A DNA stretch of 64,000 bases from an uncultured virus (IMG/VR IMGVR_UViG_3300005680_000003) (IMGVR_UViG_3300005680_000003:1-64000), one strand, 5' to 3'. Counted from the first letter of the stretch, positions 36,648 to 46,670 are shown. Notes: generated by a model from the sequence alone, not told the origin. Program-made: numbers and translations.

Positions 36648-36654
36648 AGCCCTA

Positions 36655-38361
36655 TCACCGTTCCAATCTGGGGTCGACGACGGTGTAGCGACGGGGAGCG
36701 GCGCCGACCTTGACACGGGCCACGAGGGTTCGAGACCCACCGTCGAGCGACAGCGACGCCGCGCGACGACCGTGGTCGTAGGCGACGCCGGTCAACCGGA
36801 ACACCGCCCGTCCGTCCGCGTTGCTGTCCGGGTACGGCAACGCCTGGTAGGTGGGCACGACCACGTGCACCGGTGAGCCAGGCCGGATCTCCCACGGCTC
36901 CACCGACCGGCCGAGGACATGGTCGTACACCGGCCCTGTCACGGTGACCGTGCCGGACGGCTTCGTCGCCACAAGCTCCACCAGGGCGGCCCGCCCGAGC
37001 TCGACCGCTTTCGCCTCCGTGAGCGGGCCACGACCGGTCAGGTCAACGGTCGTCGACCGCACGATGCCCTGCTCGTCCAGCAGCGGCACCTGTACCTCAA
37101 TCTCGGCGTGCCCCAACGACTTGTCGGTCACCTGGTAGATCACGAGGGCACGGTTCGCCAGGGAGTCGGCGCCGCCAGCCATGTCCACCCGCACGCCGGG
37201 CGCGTCCATCAGGTGGTACCTCAGCGCGCCGTCCCACGTCGCGTACTCGAATCGAGGATGCCCCAACGGGTTACCGTCCCGAGGCCCCCAAACCGCCCAC
37301 CACCGCCCCGGCCCGTACTGCGCGACGAACGAGAGCACCTCACGTGCTGACACCCCATCCCACCAAGAGGCGTGCTCCACAGCGGCGGTGGGCAGGTCCA
37401 GGATCGGGTCAGCGTCAACGAACTGGGCCAGGCCCCGGCCGAGCAGGTCGAGCACGATCTGGTTCGCGTACAGCGGTCCCGCATCTGAGGCCAACACGCT
37501 GCCGTCGCGGTTGTACTTCGGGGAGTAAACGATCAGGTTGGCGTGCTGCAGCGTATAGGCGACAGTTGTGTCGGTCGCAGCCCCGGTGTACCGCAGGTGC
37601 AACCGGATCCCGCGGACGTCCATCCCGGTCGTCCACGCCGCCACCCCCTCCCGGATCACCCAGTTGTCCTGGCTGGCCGGCGGCGGCGTGGTCGATGCTA
37701 GAGACACCTGCCCGAACGAGTCGTCGAAGGTCTGCACCGCCCATTTCGACAGGTTCCAGGACGCATCGAACGGGCGTGTCGCCAACGCGGTCCCGGTGAC
37801 CTGGTTGATCTGTCCCGACCCGTGGTACAGGGCTGCAACGTAGTCCAGGAACAGCGACCCGCCGGTTGGGAACGCCGTGCCGGCCGAGACGTTCTGCTCC
37901 CATCTGGTCCGCGGAGGCCCCGGCTCGGCCCAGTCCCCCGGCCATTGCGTGATCGCCCCGGCCCCGGTCAGCTGCTGCGACTCGCCGCCGTCCGTGGTCA
38001 CGGCCACCCAATGATCCGGGTCACGGTCGACGAGTGAGTATGCCCGCCGGAATCCATCCATCAGCGATTGCTCGCCGGATGCCGCCACCGCGTAGGCGGC
38101 CAGGCCCGGTTCGATCGAGTCGCCCGGGTCGTCCATGCGCCCCGACCACACCACCTCCCCGTGCCGGCAGTCGACCACCTGCACCCGGGCAGCCTTCGTC
38201 AACACGTCGGGGGCAGTCACCCCGTGGGGCCACGGGATCGTCGCCGCGAGTGTGTCGTACCCGCCTGGGATGCTCGAGGACATCCGCAGGTCGGCAGGTG
38301 CGGGCACCGTGACCGAAACCCCCGACGCATCAGTCACTCTCACGAGCAGGTCGCCGGTCAT
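36655..38361 (-). CDS. Minor tail protein (baseplate hub/Tal-like)
   Basis: SSIPGGY, VVWSGRMDDPG, PWEIRPG; position after the distal-tail gene. Confidence 0.7.
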   Translation of the reverse strand: MTGDLLVRVTDASGVSVTVPAPADLRMSSSIPGGYDTLAATIPWPHGVTAPDVLTKAARVQVVDCRHGEVVWSGRMDDPGDSIEPGLAAYAVAASGEQSLMDGFRRAYSLVDRDPDHWVAVTTDGGESQQLTGAGAITQWPGDWAEPGPPRTRWEQNVSAGTAFPTGGSLFLDYVAALYHGSGQINQVTGTALATRPFDASWNLSKWAVQTFDDSFGQVSLASTTPPPASQDNWVIREGVAAWTTGMDVRGIRLHLRYTGAATDTTVAYTLQHANLIVYSPKYNRDGSVLASDAGPLYANQIVLDLLGRGLAQFVDADPILDLPTAAVEHASWWDGVSAREVLSFVAQYGPGRWWAVWGPRDGNPLGHPRFEYATWDGALRYHLMDAPGVRVDMAGGADSLANRALVIYQVTDKSLGHAEIEVQVPLLDEQGIVRSTTVDLTGRGPLTEAKAVELGRAALVELVATKPSGTVTVTGPVYDHVLGRSVEPWEIRPGSPVHVVVPTYQALPYPDSNADGRAVFRLTGVAYDHGRRAASLSLDGGSRTLVARVKVGAAPRRYTVVDPRLER

Positions 38362-39794
38362 GTGAGCCACGTCCACCGCGGCCAGTACGACACCTGCAGC
38401 GACACCGCCCGGGACGGCTCCCAGACAGCATTCGGGGACGGAGACAGGCCACCGACGACGTAGAGACGATTCGTGCCTGGCCCCAGCATCGGCATCGCTC
38501 CCGACACCCGGGTTACGACGTTCAGGTTCTGCCCAACCGCCCAGGACGAGCCCGCGAACGGGTACCCGTTGAACACTCGGACGGTGTGGTCGTACCCGTC
38601 GACTGACATCCACGACCCGACCGGGCCGGTCACACCCTCGGCCCACAGCACAGCACAGCCCTCATCGGCTGGCACGAACGCGATCCAGTCGATGTCGATG
38701 CGACCACCGCCAGCAGACGGTCGCCACACCAACAACCGGGTGTCCGCGGCGACCGCACCACGGATCGAGGCCGGCGACGCCTGGTAGTCCGGCATCCCGA
38801 CCGGCACCGGGATCACCCCACAGTCGATGACCCGGGTGTCGGACCCCGACGCAGACCACGTCGCTTCCCGGTATGTCGGTCCGACCACGACCCTGAAAGC
38901 CACGGTGACGTCACCGGCGGCGCCGGAGCGGCGGGCCCGGACGAGGACCCGGTACAGGCCCGGCGCCTCCGGCCCGGAGAACGGTGCAGCCCAGGCGAAC
39001 TGGCCGTAGGTCGCCGCGGTCCCGACGTCCGCGAACTGGACAGACGCCGCGGCCGCACCGGACATCTCCGGGTCGTCAGTGAACGTCGACATCACCGGCG
39101 GGTTCGCGCCGAGAGCGGTCAACGCGGCCGCCTCAGCCTGGTGCCAGAGAGGCCCGAGTTGCTGGGGATTGCCGCGACGCCTGACTGCGATCAACGTTCC
39201 GGTGTCGGACCCGATCAGTTGCTGGTCGTCCGTGGAGATGGTGAGCGGGGTCAGCGAGTCCCCGCCCACCTCGTTGAGGTCGAGGACGAACGCGCCTGGC
39301 ATCGTCGGATCCTGCGGGATCAGTGCCGGGACAGAGTCGACACGCTGCCCGTAGGCGTAGGGGTCGGTCCGAGCTTGCACCATGACCCGGACCGCGGTCG
39401 AGGGACCCGTAGATGTCGGGTTCGACTCGACTTTGGGCGCCGTCGGGTAGCAACGCAACCACACCGGGGTCGTCGAGCCATGCCGGACGATCCGCAGCCA
39501 CCATGGCCGGCGAACCGCCTCGTGCAGGTCCCTGATCGCCATCGGCAGGTCCTGCGGGGTCGCCGAGAACACGACGAGCGGCAGCTGGATCGTCCGAGAC
39601 GCCAACGGGGTCGGCCCGACGGTCTGCGACCACACGACCGGGCGGTCCTCACCGTCGGTGGGCAACGACACCCCGGCGAGGTCGATCTGATCACGAGCCC
39701 CGAGCATGATGCCGGCGCCTGACCCTGACCGACGGTTGAGGTCGAGGAGCACCTCGCCGTCGATCCCGTCGGTGATCTGGATTTCAGCGGCCAC
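38358..39794 (-). CDS. Minor tail protein (distal tail-like)
   Basis: Directly follows the tape measure; SRTIQLPL, DPYAYG, ends YWPRW. Confidence 0.7.
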   Translation of the reverse strand: MAAEIQITDGIDGEVLLDLNRRSGSGAGIMLGARDQIDLAGVSLPTDGEDRPVVWSQTVGPTPLASRTIQLPLVVFSATPQDLPMAIRDLHEAVRRPWWLRIVRHGSTTPVWLRCYPTAPKVESNPTSTGPSTAVRVMVQARTDPYAYGQRVDSVPALIPQDPTMPGAFVLDLNEVGGDSLTPLTISTDDQQLIGSDTGTLIAVRRRGNPQQLGPLWHQAEAAALTALGANPPVMSTFTDDPEMSGAAAASVQFADVGTAATYGQFAWAAPFSGPEAPGLYRVLVRARRSGAAGDVTVAFRVVVGPTYREATWSASGSDTRVIDCGVIPVPVGMPDYQASPASIRGAVAADTRLLVWRPSAGGGRIDIDWIAFVPADEGCAVLWAEGVTGPVGSWMSVDGYDHTVRVFNGYPFAGSSWAVGQNLNVVTRVSGAMPMLGPGTNRLYVVGGLSPSPNAVWEPSRAVSLQVSYWPRWTWLT

Positions 39795-39795
39795 G

Positions 39796-42700
39796 TCAGT
39801 ACCCCCGCCCGTACAGCGTGTCGACCTTGCCGACCACGGTCCGGTCCAGGACGACCGTGACCCCACGCAACGCGTCCCTCAGCGCCGATGCGATGTCCTC
39901 TGCTGACGCAGCGCCGCCAGCGGGGCCCTGCGCCGGGGACGGCTGAGGGGCCCTCGCCTGGTCCACATCGATCCGAGTCGGCGCATCGAACGCGATCCTG
40001 CCGATGTCACCGAAACGGGACTTCGCAGCCTCAGCTGCCCGCGCGGCCAGGTCACGTGCCGCCCCCACAGCTGCACCAGCGTTCGCGGTGATACCAACGG
40101 CCAGGCCCTCGGGAATCCACCTGGCAAGGCGGGCCATCACCCGCGACGGCGAGGAGATCCCCATCAGTTTCCTGATCGCCGCAGGAATCCGGTCCACGAG
40201 GGAAGACACCGCGGACATGACCCTGCCCGCTGCGTTCGAAATGCCGTTGGCGATCCCCGACACGATCTGCCCGCCGATGGACGCGACCCGTCCCGGCAGG
40301 GCCTGCAGCAGTGAGACGACCCGGGACGCCAGCGACGTCACCTGAGCGATGACCCGCGACGCCCCAGAGGTGATCGCTGACACCAGCCCTGACGCCATCG
40401 AGGTACCCGAGGCGATCACCCGCGAGGCCATCGACGAAACCAGCGAGGCCGCCCGCGACCCCAGCGAGGTGAACAGGGACACCGCCCCGGTGACGAGCCG
40501 CCCGACCAGGCTCAGGCCGGCGTTCGCCATCCCGGTGATGAGGGACTGGACCCCGGACGCCATCGACCGGACCAGTCCGACCGCGGCCGGCCCGAGAGCC
40601 TGGAAGAAGGCCAGGGCACCGGAGATGAATTTCTTGATCGCGCCGAGGACCCCGACGTTCAGGACGGTCTGGATGATGCCGAGGATGCCCTGCAGCAGAC
40701 CGGTCGCGATCTGCTTGATCCCTTCCCACATCCGCGACCAGTCACCGGTGAAGATCCCCGCGAAGACGTTGAGGATGCCGGAGACGATCTGCAACACGCC
40801 CTTGATCACGTTGATGACGCCCTTGAGTGCGCCGACCAGGGCGGTACCGATCACGCCGAGCAGGAACTGGGCGACCGGAGCCAGGACCGGCAGCACTGCC
40901 TGGATCGCCGGGACCAGCTGCGTCGAGAACAGGTTCGCGATCTCACGGATCCCTGGGCCCAGGACAGCCATTAGCTGCCCACCGATCTCGCCGGCCTTCT
41001 GGATCAGCGGGGTCAGGAACCCGAGCAGGGACGCCCCGAGAGACTGCAGCGCGGGAGCCATCTGTGCGCCAGCCTGCTGCAACGACGGCAGCAGGTTGGT
41101 GGTGAAGGAGTCCTTGAGCCCGATCACCGCCGTGCGGATCTGCGTCAGGTTCGCGATCGACGGGGACTGGTCGGAGATGTTGAACGCCGCAGCGAACGCA
41201 GAGTTCAGGTCACCGCTGACCAACAGGTCCTTGATCCCCTTGATTCCCAAGGAGACTCGGGACAGGCCGCTGCCCGAGTCGGACAGTTTCAGAACTCCGG
41301 TCGTGATCTGGTTCAGGCCCTGCGTCAACAGGCCCGCGCCCGCGGTCACGGCCGGGGCGAGGAACCCACCCACGGCCAGCTTCGCCGTCTCGAACGACCC
41401 AGACAGCTGCTCTAGCGCACCAGGCAGGCCCCGCATCCGTGCCGCAGCCACTTCCTGCGCGGCGCCCATGTCGTTGGTCGCCGCGATGTACCCCGCGAGC
41501 CCCGCGGCACCCTCCTTCATCAGGACTGACGCAGCCCGGGTCGCATCAGACCCAAAGATCGTGTTCAGGGCCGAGATCCGTTGCGCCTCAGACAATCCCG
41601 ACAGCGCGGTCTGCAGCTGGCCGGCGACCTGCGTGATCGGAACGATGTTGCCCTCGACGTCCACGAACGACAGGCCGAGTGCCTTCATCGTGGCGTCGGC
41701 TTCCATTGACGCCGGGATGAGCCTGGTCAGCATCGTCTTCAGGGAGGTGCCGGCGTCCGACCCCTTGATGCCGGCCGAGTCGAACGCGGCCAGCACGGCT
41801 ACGGTCTCCTGCAGGGACAGGCCCGCGTTGACCGCGCCGGGACCGACCTGGGACAGGGCTTGCGCGAGGGAGTCCACCGACGCCGTCGAGGCGTTCGCGC
41901 CGCCGGCGAGGGCCGCCGCGACCGCGGCGACGTCCTTCGCGCCGAGCCCGAACGCCGACATCGCATTCGACGCGATCGTCGCTGCACGCCCCATGTCGAG
42001 GCCCCCTGCAGCGGCCAACGTCAGGGTGCCGGCCAGGCCACCGGCCTCGATCTGCGCCGCAGTCAGCCCACCCCGGGCAAGCTCGAGCATGGCCTCCGCG
42101 GCCTGGTTCGCGGAGAACACGGTGTCCGCGCCCATCTGCAGCGCCAGCCGTGACAGACGTTCGATGCCGGCGGCTGGAACTTTGGCGACCGCCCCCAGTT
42201 GGTTGAGGATGTCCTCGAACGCGGCACGGATACTGACCGAGGACTTAACGAACCCGGCGACCAGGTACCCGCCGCCGACCGCGCCCAGTGCACCAGCGGC
42301 GCGGGACACCGCCGCTGCACCGCCCGCGAGCCCGGCGACCATCCCCTTGGTCCCGGCATCACCAGCTGCCCGACCTGCGGCGACGTACCGGCCCTGACCG
42401 TCGCGTAGGCGGCCGTCAGCGCCGCGGGTGAACTCGTCCCCGGCGCGTTCACCCGCGGCGCGAGCCTCGACTGCGAGGGACGAGAATGCTGTCTTGGCGC
42501 GGCTCCGGATGCCGTCCCCGAACCGGGCGACGAAGCCCCGTTCTGCGGCCTGCCCCGCATCACCGCCCGCGGTGGTGGCCCCGGTGTCCAAGGACGCGAA
42601 CGCTGCCCGAGCCCGCGAGGCCAGCCCTGAGCGTAGGGAGGTGATGAACGACCGTTCGGCCTTCTCGCCTGCGTCAGCCCCAGCTGCCCCGGCCTGGTTG

Positions 42701-43005
42701 TCCAGCCCCGCCATCGCCTGCGCGGCGTCCCTGCGGACGACATCCCGGACCCGTTCGATGAACGAGCGCCCTGCCTGCTCCCCCGCGTCCTGCCCGGAGG
42801 TATCAGCGTCGGCGCTCAGCCCGGACACCGCGGTCTTTCCCTGCGAGGCAATGACCTGACGGAACCTGCTGATGAACGTGCGGGCGGCGGAGGTCCCCGC
42901 GTCGTCGACTGCCGACTGCGTGATCTTCGTGATCTCGCCCTTGACGCCGCCGTCCTCGACCTGGACCCTGACGAACGCCCGAGCGAGCTCCCGCCCGGCA
43001 GCCAT
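39796..43005 (-). CDS. Tape measure protein
   Basis: 1069 aa, Ala/Gly-rich; GADTVFSANQAAEAM.EL.RGG, GIKGSDAGTSLKTML, FGSDA.RAA, GISSPSRVM. Confidence 0.95.
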   Translation of the reverse strand: MAAGRELARAFVRVQVEDGGVKGEITKITQSAVDDAGTSAARTFISRFRQVIASQGKTAVSGLSADADTSGQDAGEQAGRSFIERVRDVVRRDAAQAMAGLDNQAGAAGADAGEKAERSFITSLRSGLASRARAAFASLDTGATTAGGDAGQAAERGFVARFGDGIRSRAKTAFSSLAVEARAAGERAGDEFTRGADGRLRDGQGRYVAAGRAAGDAGTKGMVAGLAGGAAAVSRAAGALGAVGGGYLVAGFVKSSVSIRAAFEDILNQLGAVAKVPAAGIERLSRLALQMGADTVFSANQAAEAMLELARGGLTAAQIEAGGLAGTLTLAAAGGLDMGRAATIASNAMSAFGLGAKDVAAVAAALAGGANASTASVDSLAQALSQVGPGAVNAGLSLQETVAVLAAFDSAGIKGSDAGTSLKTMLTRLIPASMEADATMKALGLSFVDVEGNIVPITQVAGQLQTALSGLSEAQRISALNTIFGSDATRAASVLMKEGAAGLAGYIAATNDMGAAQEVAAARMRGLPGALEQLSGSFETAKLAVGGFLAPAVTAGAGLLTQGLNQITTGVLKLSDSGSGLSRVSLGIKGIKDLLVSGDLNSAFAAAFNISDQSPSIANLTQIRTAVIGLKDSFTTNLLPSLQQAGAQMAPALQSLGASLLGFLTPLIQKAGEIGGQLMAVLGPGIREIANLFSTQLVPAIQAVLPVLAPVAQFLLGVIGTALVGALKGVINVIKGVLQIVSGILNVFAGIFTGDWSRMWEGIKQIATGLLQGILGIIQTVLNVGVLGAIKKFISGALAFFQALGPAAVGLVRSMASGVQSLITGMANAGLSLVGRLVTGAVSLFTSLGSRAASLVSSMASRVIASGTSMASGLVSAITSGASRVIAQVTSLASRVVSLLQALPGRVASIGGQIVSGIANGISNAAGRVMSAVSSLVDRIPAAIRKLMGISSPSRVMARLARWIPEGLAVGITANAGAAVGAARDLAARAAEAAKSRFGDIGRIAFDAPTRIDVDQARAPQPSPAQGPAGGAASAEDIASALRDALRGVTVVLDRTVVGKVDTLYGRGY

Positions 43006-43364
43006 CAGCGTCCTCCGAACATGAGAGCCTGCGCGTCGGCGACGGTGTCGCCGACGAGCGGCTCGTTCAGTAGCTCAGCGACCCGTTCACGGGCCTTGTG
43101 GTCCAGTCCCTCGACGAGCAGCGCGTGCAGCACCTGGCACGCACCCGCGATGGTCAGCCGGTGTAGTGGTTCGCAGGACCGCTGACGGGCACCATCCCGG
43201 CGACGATCTCCGCGCGCGCCAGCTCCCGATCGGTCAGCACCCGCCCCGTCACAGCCGCAGGCGTCGTGGGGCCACGCGGAGGCTCCTGCAAGGTAGAGCC
43301 GGCCGGCGAGGTGGTCCCATTCGTCGATGGACCACTCGATGAGTCGCCGGACGGCAGCGTAGGG
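43005..43364 (-). CDS. Tail assembly chaperone, frameshifted C-terminal (T) segment
   Basis: -1 frame PYAAVRRLIEWSIDEWDHLAGRL... stays open to the TMP start; typical G/GT arrangement. Confidence 0.6.
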   Translation of the reverse strand, partial: PYAAVRRLIEWSIDEWDHLAGRLYLAGASAWPHDACGCDGAGADRSGAGARGDRRRDGARQRSCEPLHRLTIAGACQVLHALLVEGLDHKARERVAELLNEPLVGDTVADAQALMFGGR

Positions 43365-43807
43365 CGGTTCGTCGCGTGCTGCATGAGGACCGCGATCACG
43401 TCCATCAGCACTTCCTGCCCGACCCGGTACCTGACCGCGAGGGACTCGAACTCGGGCCACTGCTCCCCGATGCTGTCCGACAGCATCTGGTAGATCATCG
43501 CCATCGACTCGATCTGGATCTCGGCGAGGCGGCCCCGCAACTCGACGACCCGCCCCATTTCGATCGCTGCGGAAGCCGTATCCTCGGCTGCCTCGGCGAC
43601 CTGCTGGCGTGCCTCCGCGCGCCGCAACTCGCCCCTCAGCCGCTCCTCGAGCCCTTCCAGGCGCCGGGAGTCCCACGCGAACCGGGTCATCGGCAGCGCC
43701 GTCATCTCCGGGACGACGAACCGCTCCCCGCAGAAGATGAACTCGTCGTAGTGCTCCGGTTCGGGCAGTTGACTGGGGTCGGGTCCGAACGACCCGATCA
43801 CGGCCAT
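43154..43807 (-). CDS. Tail assembly chaperone (G)
   Basis: Between tail tube and TMP; ...ATNRPT followed by a Ser-rich tail. Confidence 0.75.
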   Translation of the reverse strand: MAVIGSFGPDPSQLPEPEHYDEFIFCGERFVVPEMTALPMTRFAWDSRRLEGLEERLRGELRRAEARQQVAEAAEDTASAAIEMGRVVELRGRLAEIQIESMAMIYQMLSDSIGEQWPEFESLAVRYRVGQEVLMDVIAVLMQHATNRPTLPSGDSSSGPSTNGTTSPAGSTLQEPPRGPTTPAAVTGRVLTDRELARAEIVAGMVPVSGPANHYTG

Positions 43808-44640
43808 CAGGCGACCTGGCCGAGCACGGTGGTCCCGGCGTAATACCGGTTGAACGCGTCACCGGTTGAGGGCTGCTCCATGGTGAACTCGGCGGTCAGC
43901 GACGCAACGTTGGTGCCCTTGCCGTGCTTCGAGGTCAAGGTCCCGGTCTGCAACAACTGCCGGAAGATGCCTCGCTCGGTCCCGTCGTCGGATTCCCAGC
44001 CGATCTGGGTACGGATCTGGTTTTCGATGCCGGGCGGGGACAACCTGGTCAGGGATGTCGCGCCGCTGCCCGACAGGGTGGTCAGGGTGCCACCGTTCAA
44101 CGCCCACGCCAGGTTCGCGCCGGTGTACTCGACGAGCTCGAACCCCACCTTGCCTTCGGCGCCGGTCGGAGCCTGCAGCACCGGGAGCAGGAACTCGGCG
44201 ACCTCGACGCCCTCGCTGGACACCACGTAGGACCACTCATGGCCCTCCTTGGTGACCCCGATCGGGATCCACCCCGACGGCCAGGAGTCGGTGAACACAG
44301 ACCCGGACACGACTCCGCCGGCCGGGGCGGTCGCAGTGCCCGTTGCCGCCGCCGAGGCAACGTCGGCAGCGGTCTTGGCGTAGGTGAGCGTGGTCGTGGT
44401 CGGGACGGACGCAATCAGGAAGGTGCCGTTGAAGGTGGCGTCGACCCCTGCGACGGTCACGTACTGACCGGCGACCATGCCGTGCGGGGCTGAGGTGGTC
44501 AGAGTCGCCACGTTCGTCGTCAGCGCCTTGTTCGAGACGCTGGCTTCGGCCTGCCCGGGGGGCAGGACGCCGAGGCCGGCCCGGTACAGGATGCCGGGAC
44601 CGGACAGGATCCGGGTCTTGGGTGCGGCGACATTCGCCAT
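43807..44640 (-). CDS. Major tail (tube) protein with inserted beta-rich domain
   Basis: ILSGPG.LY.A, W..IG.T..G, R..IGWES.D.TER; insertion NKALTTNVATLTTSAPHGM..GQYVTVAGVDATFNGTF. Confidence 0.8.
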   Translation of the reverse strand: MANVAAPKTRILSGPGILYRAGLGVLPPGQAEASVSNKALTTNVATLTTSAPHGMVAGQYVTVAGVDATFNGTFLIASVPTTTTLTYAKTAADVASAAATGTATAPAGGVVSGSVFTDSWPSGWIPIGVTKEGHEWSYVVSSEGVEVAEFLLPVLQAPTGAEGKVGFELVEYTGANLAWALNGGTLTTLSGSGATSLTRLSPPGIENQIRTQIGWESDDGTERGIFRQLLQTGTLTSKHGKGTNVASLTAEFTMEQPSTGDAFNRYYAGTTVLGQVA

Positions 44641-44798
44641 CGGGGTCGGGCCCTTCCGCTCTGCCCAGGTCCCCGCCCCGGTGCTGCACCGGTCCGAGTG
44701 GCCTGGAAGGCTCCACTAGGAGTCCCGGCCCCGCTCTGATAGTAGCCATCGCCCGGCAGCCAGCACAGACGACACGTCTAGTTCCACTGCCGCACGCC

Positions 44799-46181
44799 TT
44801 ATGGCGCGACGCCGGTCGGGTAGGCGTCTGGCCGACCCCACCGGTTGCGGTAGCGCAGGCCTGCGTTCGGGTTCTGCGTCACCAAGTCGTTCGCGATGTA
44901 CGACGCGGGCTCGTTGAAATAGCACTCGTAGACGACACGGTCGTCGTTCGCTACCAGCCACGACCACATCCGCTCGACGAACGCCGGGACGTCACCGGGG
45001 CCGTCCACGGAGTGCAGTCCCCACTCACCCAACGCGAACCCCTTGCCGTGCGCGGCCGCGAAGTCCATGACGTCTTGAGGTCCGGCGCCCGGCGCGGGCC
45101 GCAGATGAAAATCCCAGTCCGCCTGCAGGTTGTCGTTACCGATCGTGACGTTCCAGTAGTTGTATGTGTCGATTTCGACGATGTCGACGTAACTGTCACC
45201 CGGGTACAGCTCGGCGAGTTGGTCTGCTGGTGAGGTCCCCCCAGGCATGCCAGCCGGCAGGGTCGCCTGTGACCATCCCCAGGTGGTGAGCAGGTCCGGT
45301 GCCTCGTCCTTGAGGATGCCCACGATCCTCTGATACGCGGCCTTGAAGTTCGCGCGGGTCGACCACAGTGCCCGCCACGGGAACCAGTCGCCGTTCGCCT
45401 CGAACCCGACGCGGACCACGGAGTCTGGGCGGTTGGCCGCGAACAGCGCGCCGATGCCGCGGAACACAGCATCGTTCGCTCCGGACAGGACGTCGTTCCA
45501 CTGGTCCTGCCGGTTCGTCGGCAGCATCGGCAGGCCGTAGTTGAGACGGCAGTTCGCCGGCAGCCCTTCGGTGAGCTGGAACACCCACGAAGACGAGTTG
45601 ATCGTCGACCACGTCGAGTAGTCCGGATACACCGTGTAGATGTCCAGTGGTGACCCCCGCCATGTCCCGAAGCCTTCCGCGTTGGCCGTCGACATGGCCT
45701 GGCCGGTCCACACCCCGGAATGCCAGGGCAGCCCGGAGCGGGGCACCCCGAGCAGTGCCTGCGCCATCTCCCCCGACTCGCCGTCGCCGGGTGGATCGGT
45801 GGGGGTGCCAGCCGCGTACTGCAACGCCTGGTATCCGACGGGGATCGTGTGGACTGCTCCACCGGAGTCGACGACCCGCACCGTGATCACCCCTGACTGG
45901 CCGGGGTTCGTGACAGTGAACGTGGCGGAGGTGCCCTGCGCCACGTTCGCGACCGACGGCGACGCCACCGCCCCAGCAGGGGCCAACAACGAGATGGACA
46001 CCCCGCCGGATGGGATCGACCGATACGCCGCTGATGCCGAGTAGGCGTAGGTCCCGACGTCGGAACCACCCGGCCGGGACAGGGTGACAACCCCGTTTCC
46101 GACGGTCACAGTGACCGTCATGACGGTCGCCTGCCCCGTCGGGGTTGAGGTGTGGACCGCTGACGTGACGACCGGCGACAT
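44799..46181 (-). CDS. GH26-family glycoside hydrolase with N-terminal Ig-like domain
   Basis: SGLPWHSG, FGTWRGSPLD, RVGFEANGDWFPW (acid/base Glu), YPGDSYVDIVEIDTY, ALGEWG (nucleophile Glu), YECYFN. Confidence 0.82.
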   Translation of the reverse strand: MSPVVTSAVHTSTPTGQATVMTVTVTVGNGVVTLSRPGGSDVGTYAYSASAAYRSIPSGGVSISLLAPAGAVASPSVANVAQGTSATFTVTNPGQSGVITVRVVDSGGAVHTIPVGYQALQYAAGTPTDPPGDGESGEMAQALLGVPRSGLPWHSGVWTGQAMSTANAEGFGTWRGSPLDIYTVYPDYSTWSTINSSSWVFQLTEGLPANCRLNYGLPMLPTNRQDQWNDVLSGANDAVFRGIGALFAANRPDSVVRVGFEANGDWFPWRALWSTRANFKAAYQRIVGILKDEAPDLLTTWGWSQATLPAGMPGGTSPADQLAELYPGDSYVDIVEIDTYNYWNVTIGNDNLQADWDFHLRPAPGAGPQDVMDFAAAHGKGFALGEWGLHSVDGPGDVPAFVERMWSWLVANDDRVVYECYFNEPASYIANDLVTQNPNAGLRYRNRWGRPDAYPTGVAP

Positions 46182-46651
46182 CAGATGTCCTCCAACAGCT
46201 GGCAGCGCAGGGTGATATCGACCCGGTAGGTGACCTGCCCGCCGTTGTCGCCGGTCAACGTGGGCCCCTCAGGGGAGTGTGGGCGCAAGACCCTGACCCG
46301 AGCTCCGTCCTTCACCGTCACGTCAACCGGCCACGGTCCGACCGCGAGGAGACGGGTCAGCAGCTGCCGCGCCGCTTCCCCCGCCGCCCACCGTGCGCCC
46401 TCCTCAGAACCAACCGCCCGGACGGCGAACGACACCCGGGCGTCGTCCCACCCGTCATCGACCACCCGCGGGGGGATCTCCTCGACGGACGCGACCGGCC
46501 CCTGATGGCTGGACCGGACGTCCCGGGACAGGTGGACCCCGTTCGTCAACGGGTTGCCTCGTCCGGTCAACCCGGTGAACCCCTCAACCAGGGCCTTCGC
46601 TGCGCCGGCCGCGTCGACAACGGCGTATCCCCCGACCGGGCTCCACGTCAT
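46181..46651 (-). CDS. Putative tail terminator
   Basis: Size and position; D.ARVSF.V...; Y.VD. Confidence 0.55.
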   Translation of the reverse strand: MTWSPVGGYAVVDAAGAAKALVEGFTGLTGRGNPLTNGVHLSRDVRSSHQGPVASVEEIPPRVVDDGWDDARVSFAVRAVGSEEGARWAAGEAARQLLTRLLAVGPWPVDVTVKDGARVRVLRPHSPEGPTLTGDNGGQVTYRVDITLRCQLLEDI

Positions 46652-46670
46652 CGTCGCGCCCTGTCCGTGA

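Noticed and set aside
34176..38361. Diversity-generating retroelement or invertible tail cassette
   Set aside because: No reverse transcriptase, invertase or TR/VR repeat pair was visible
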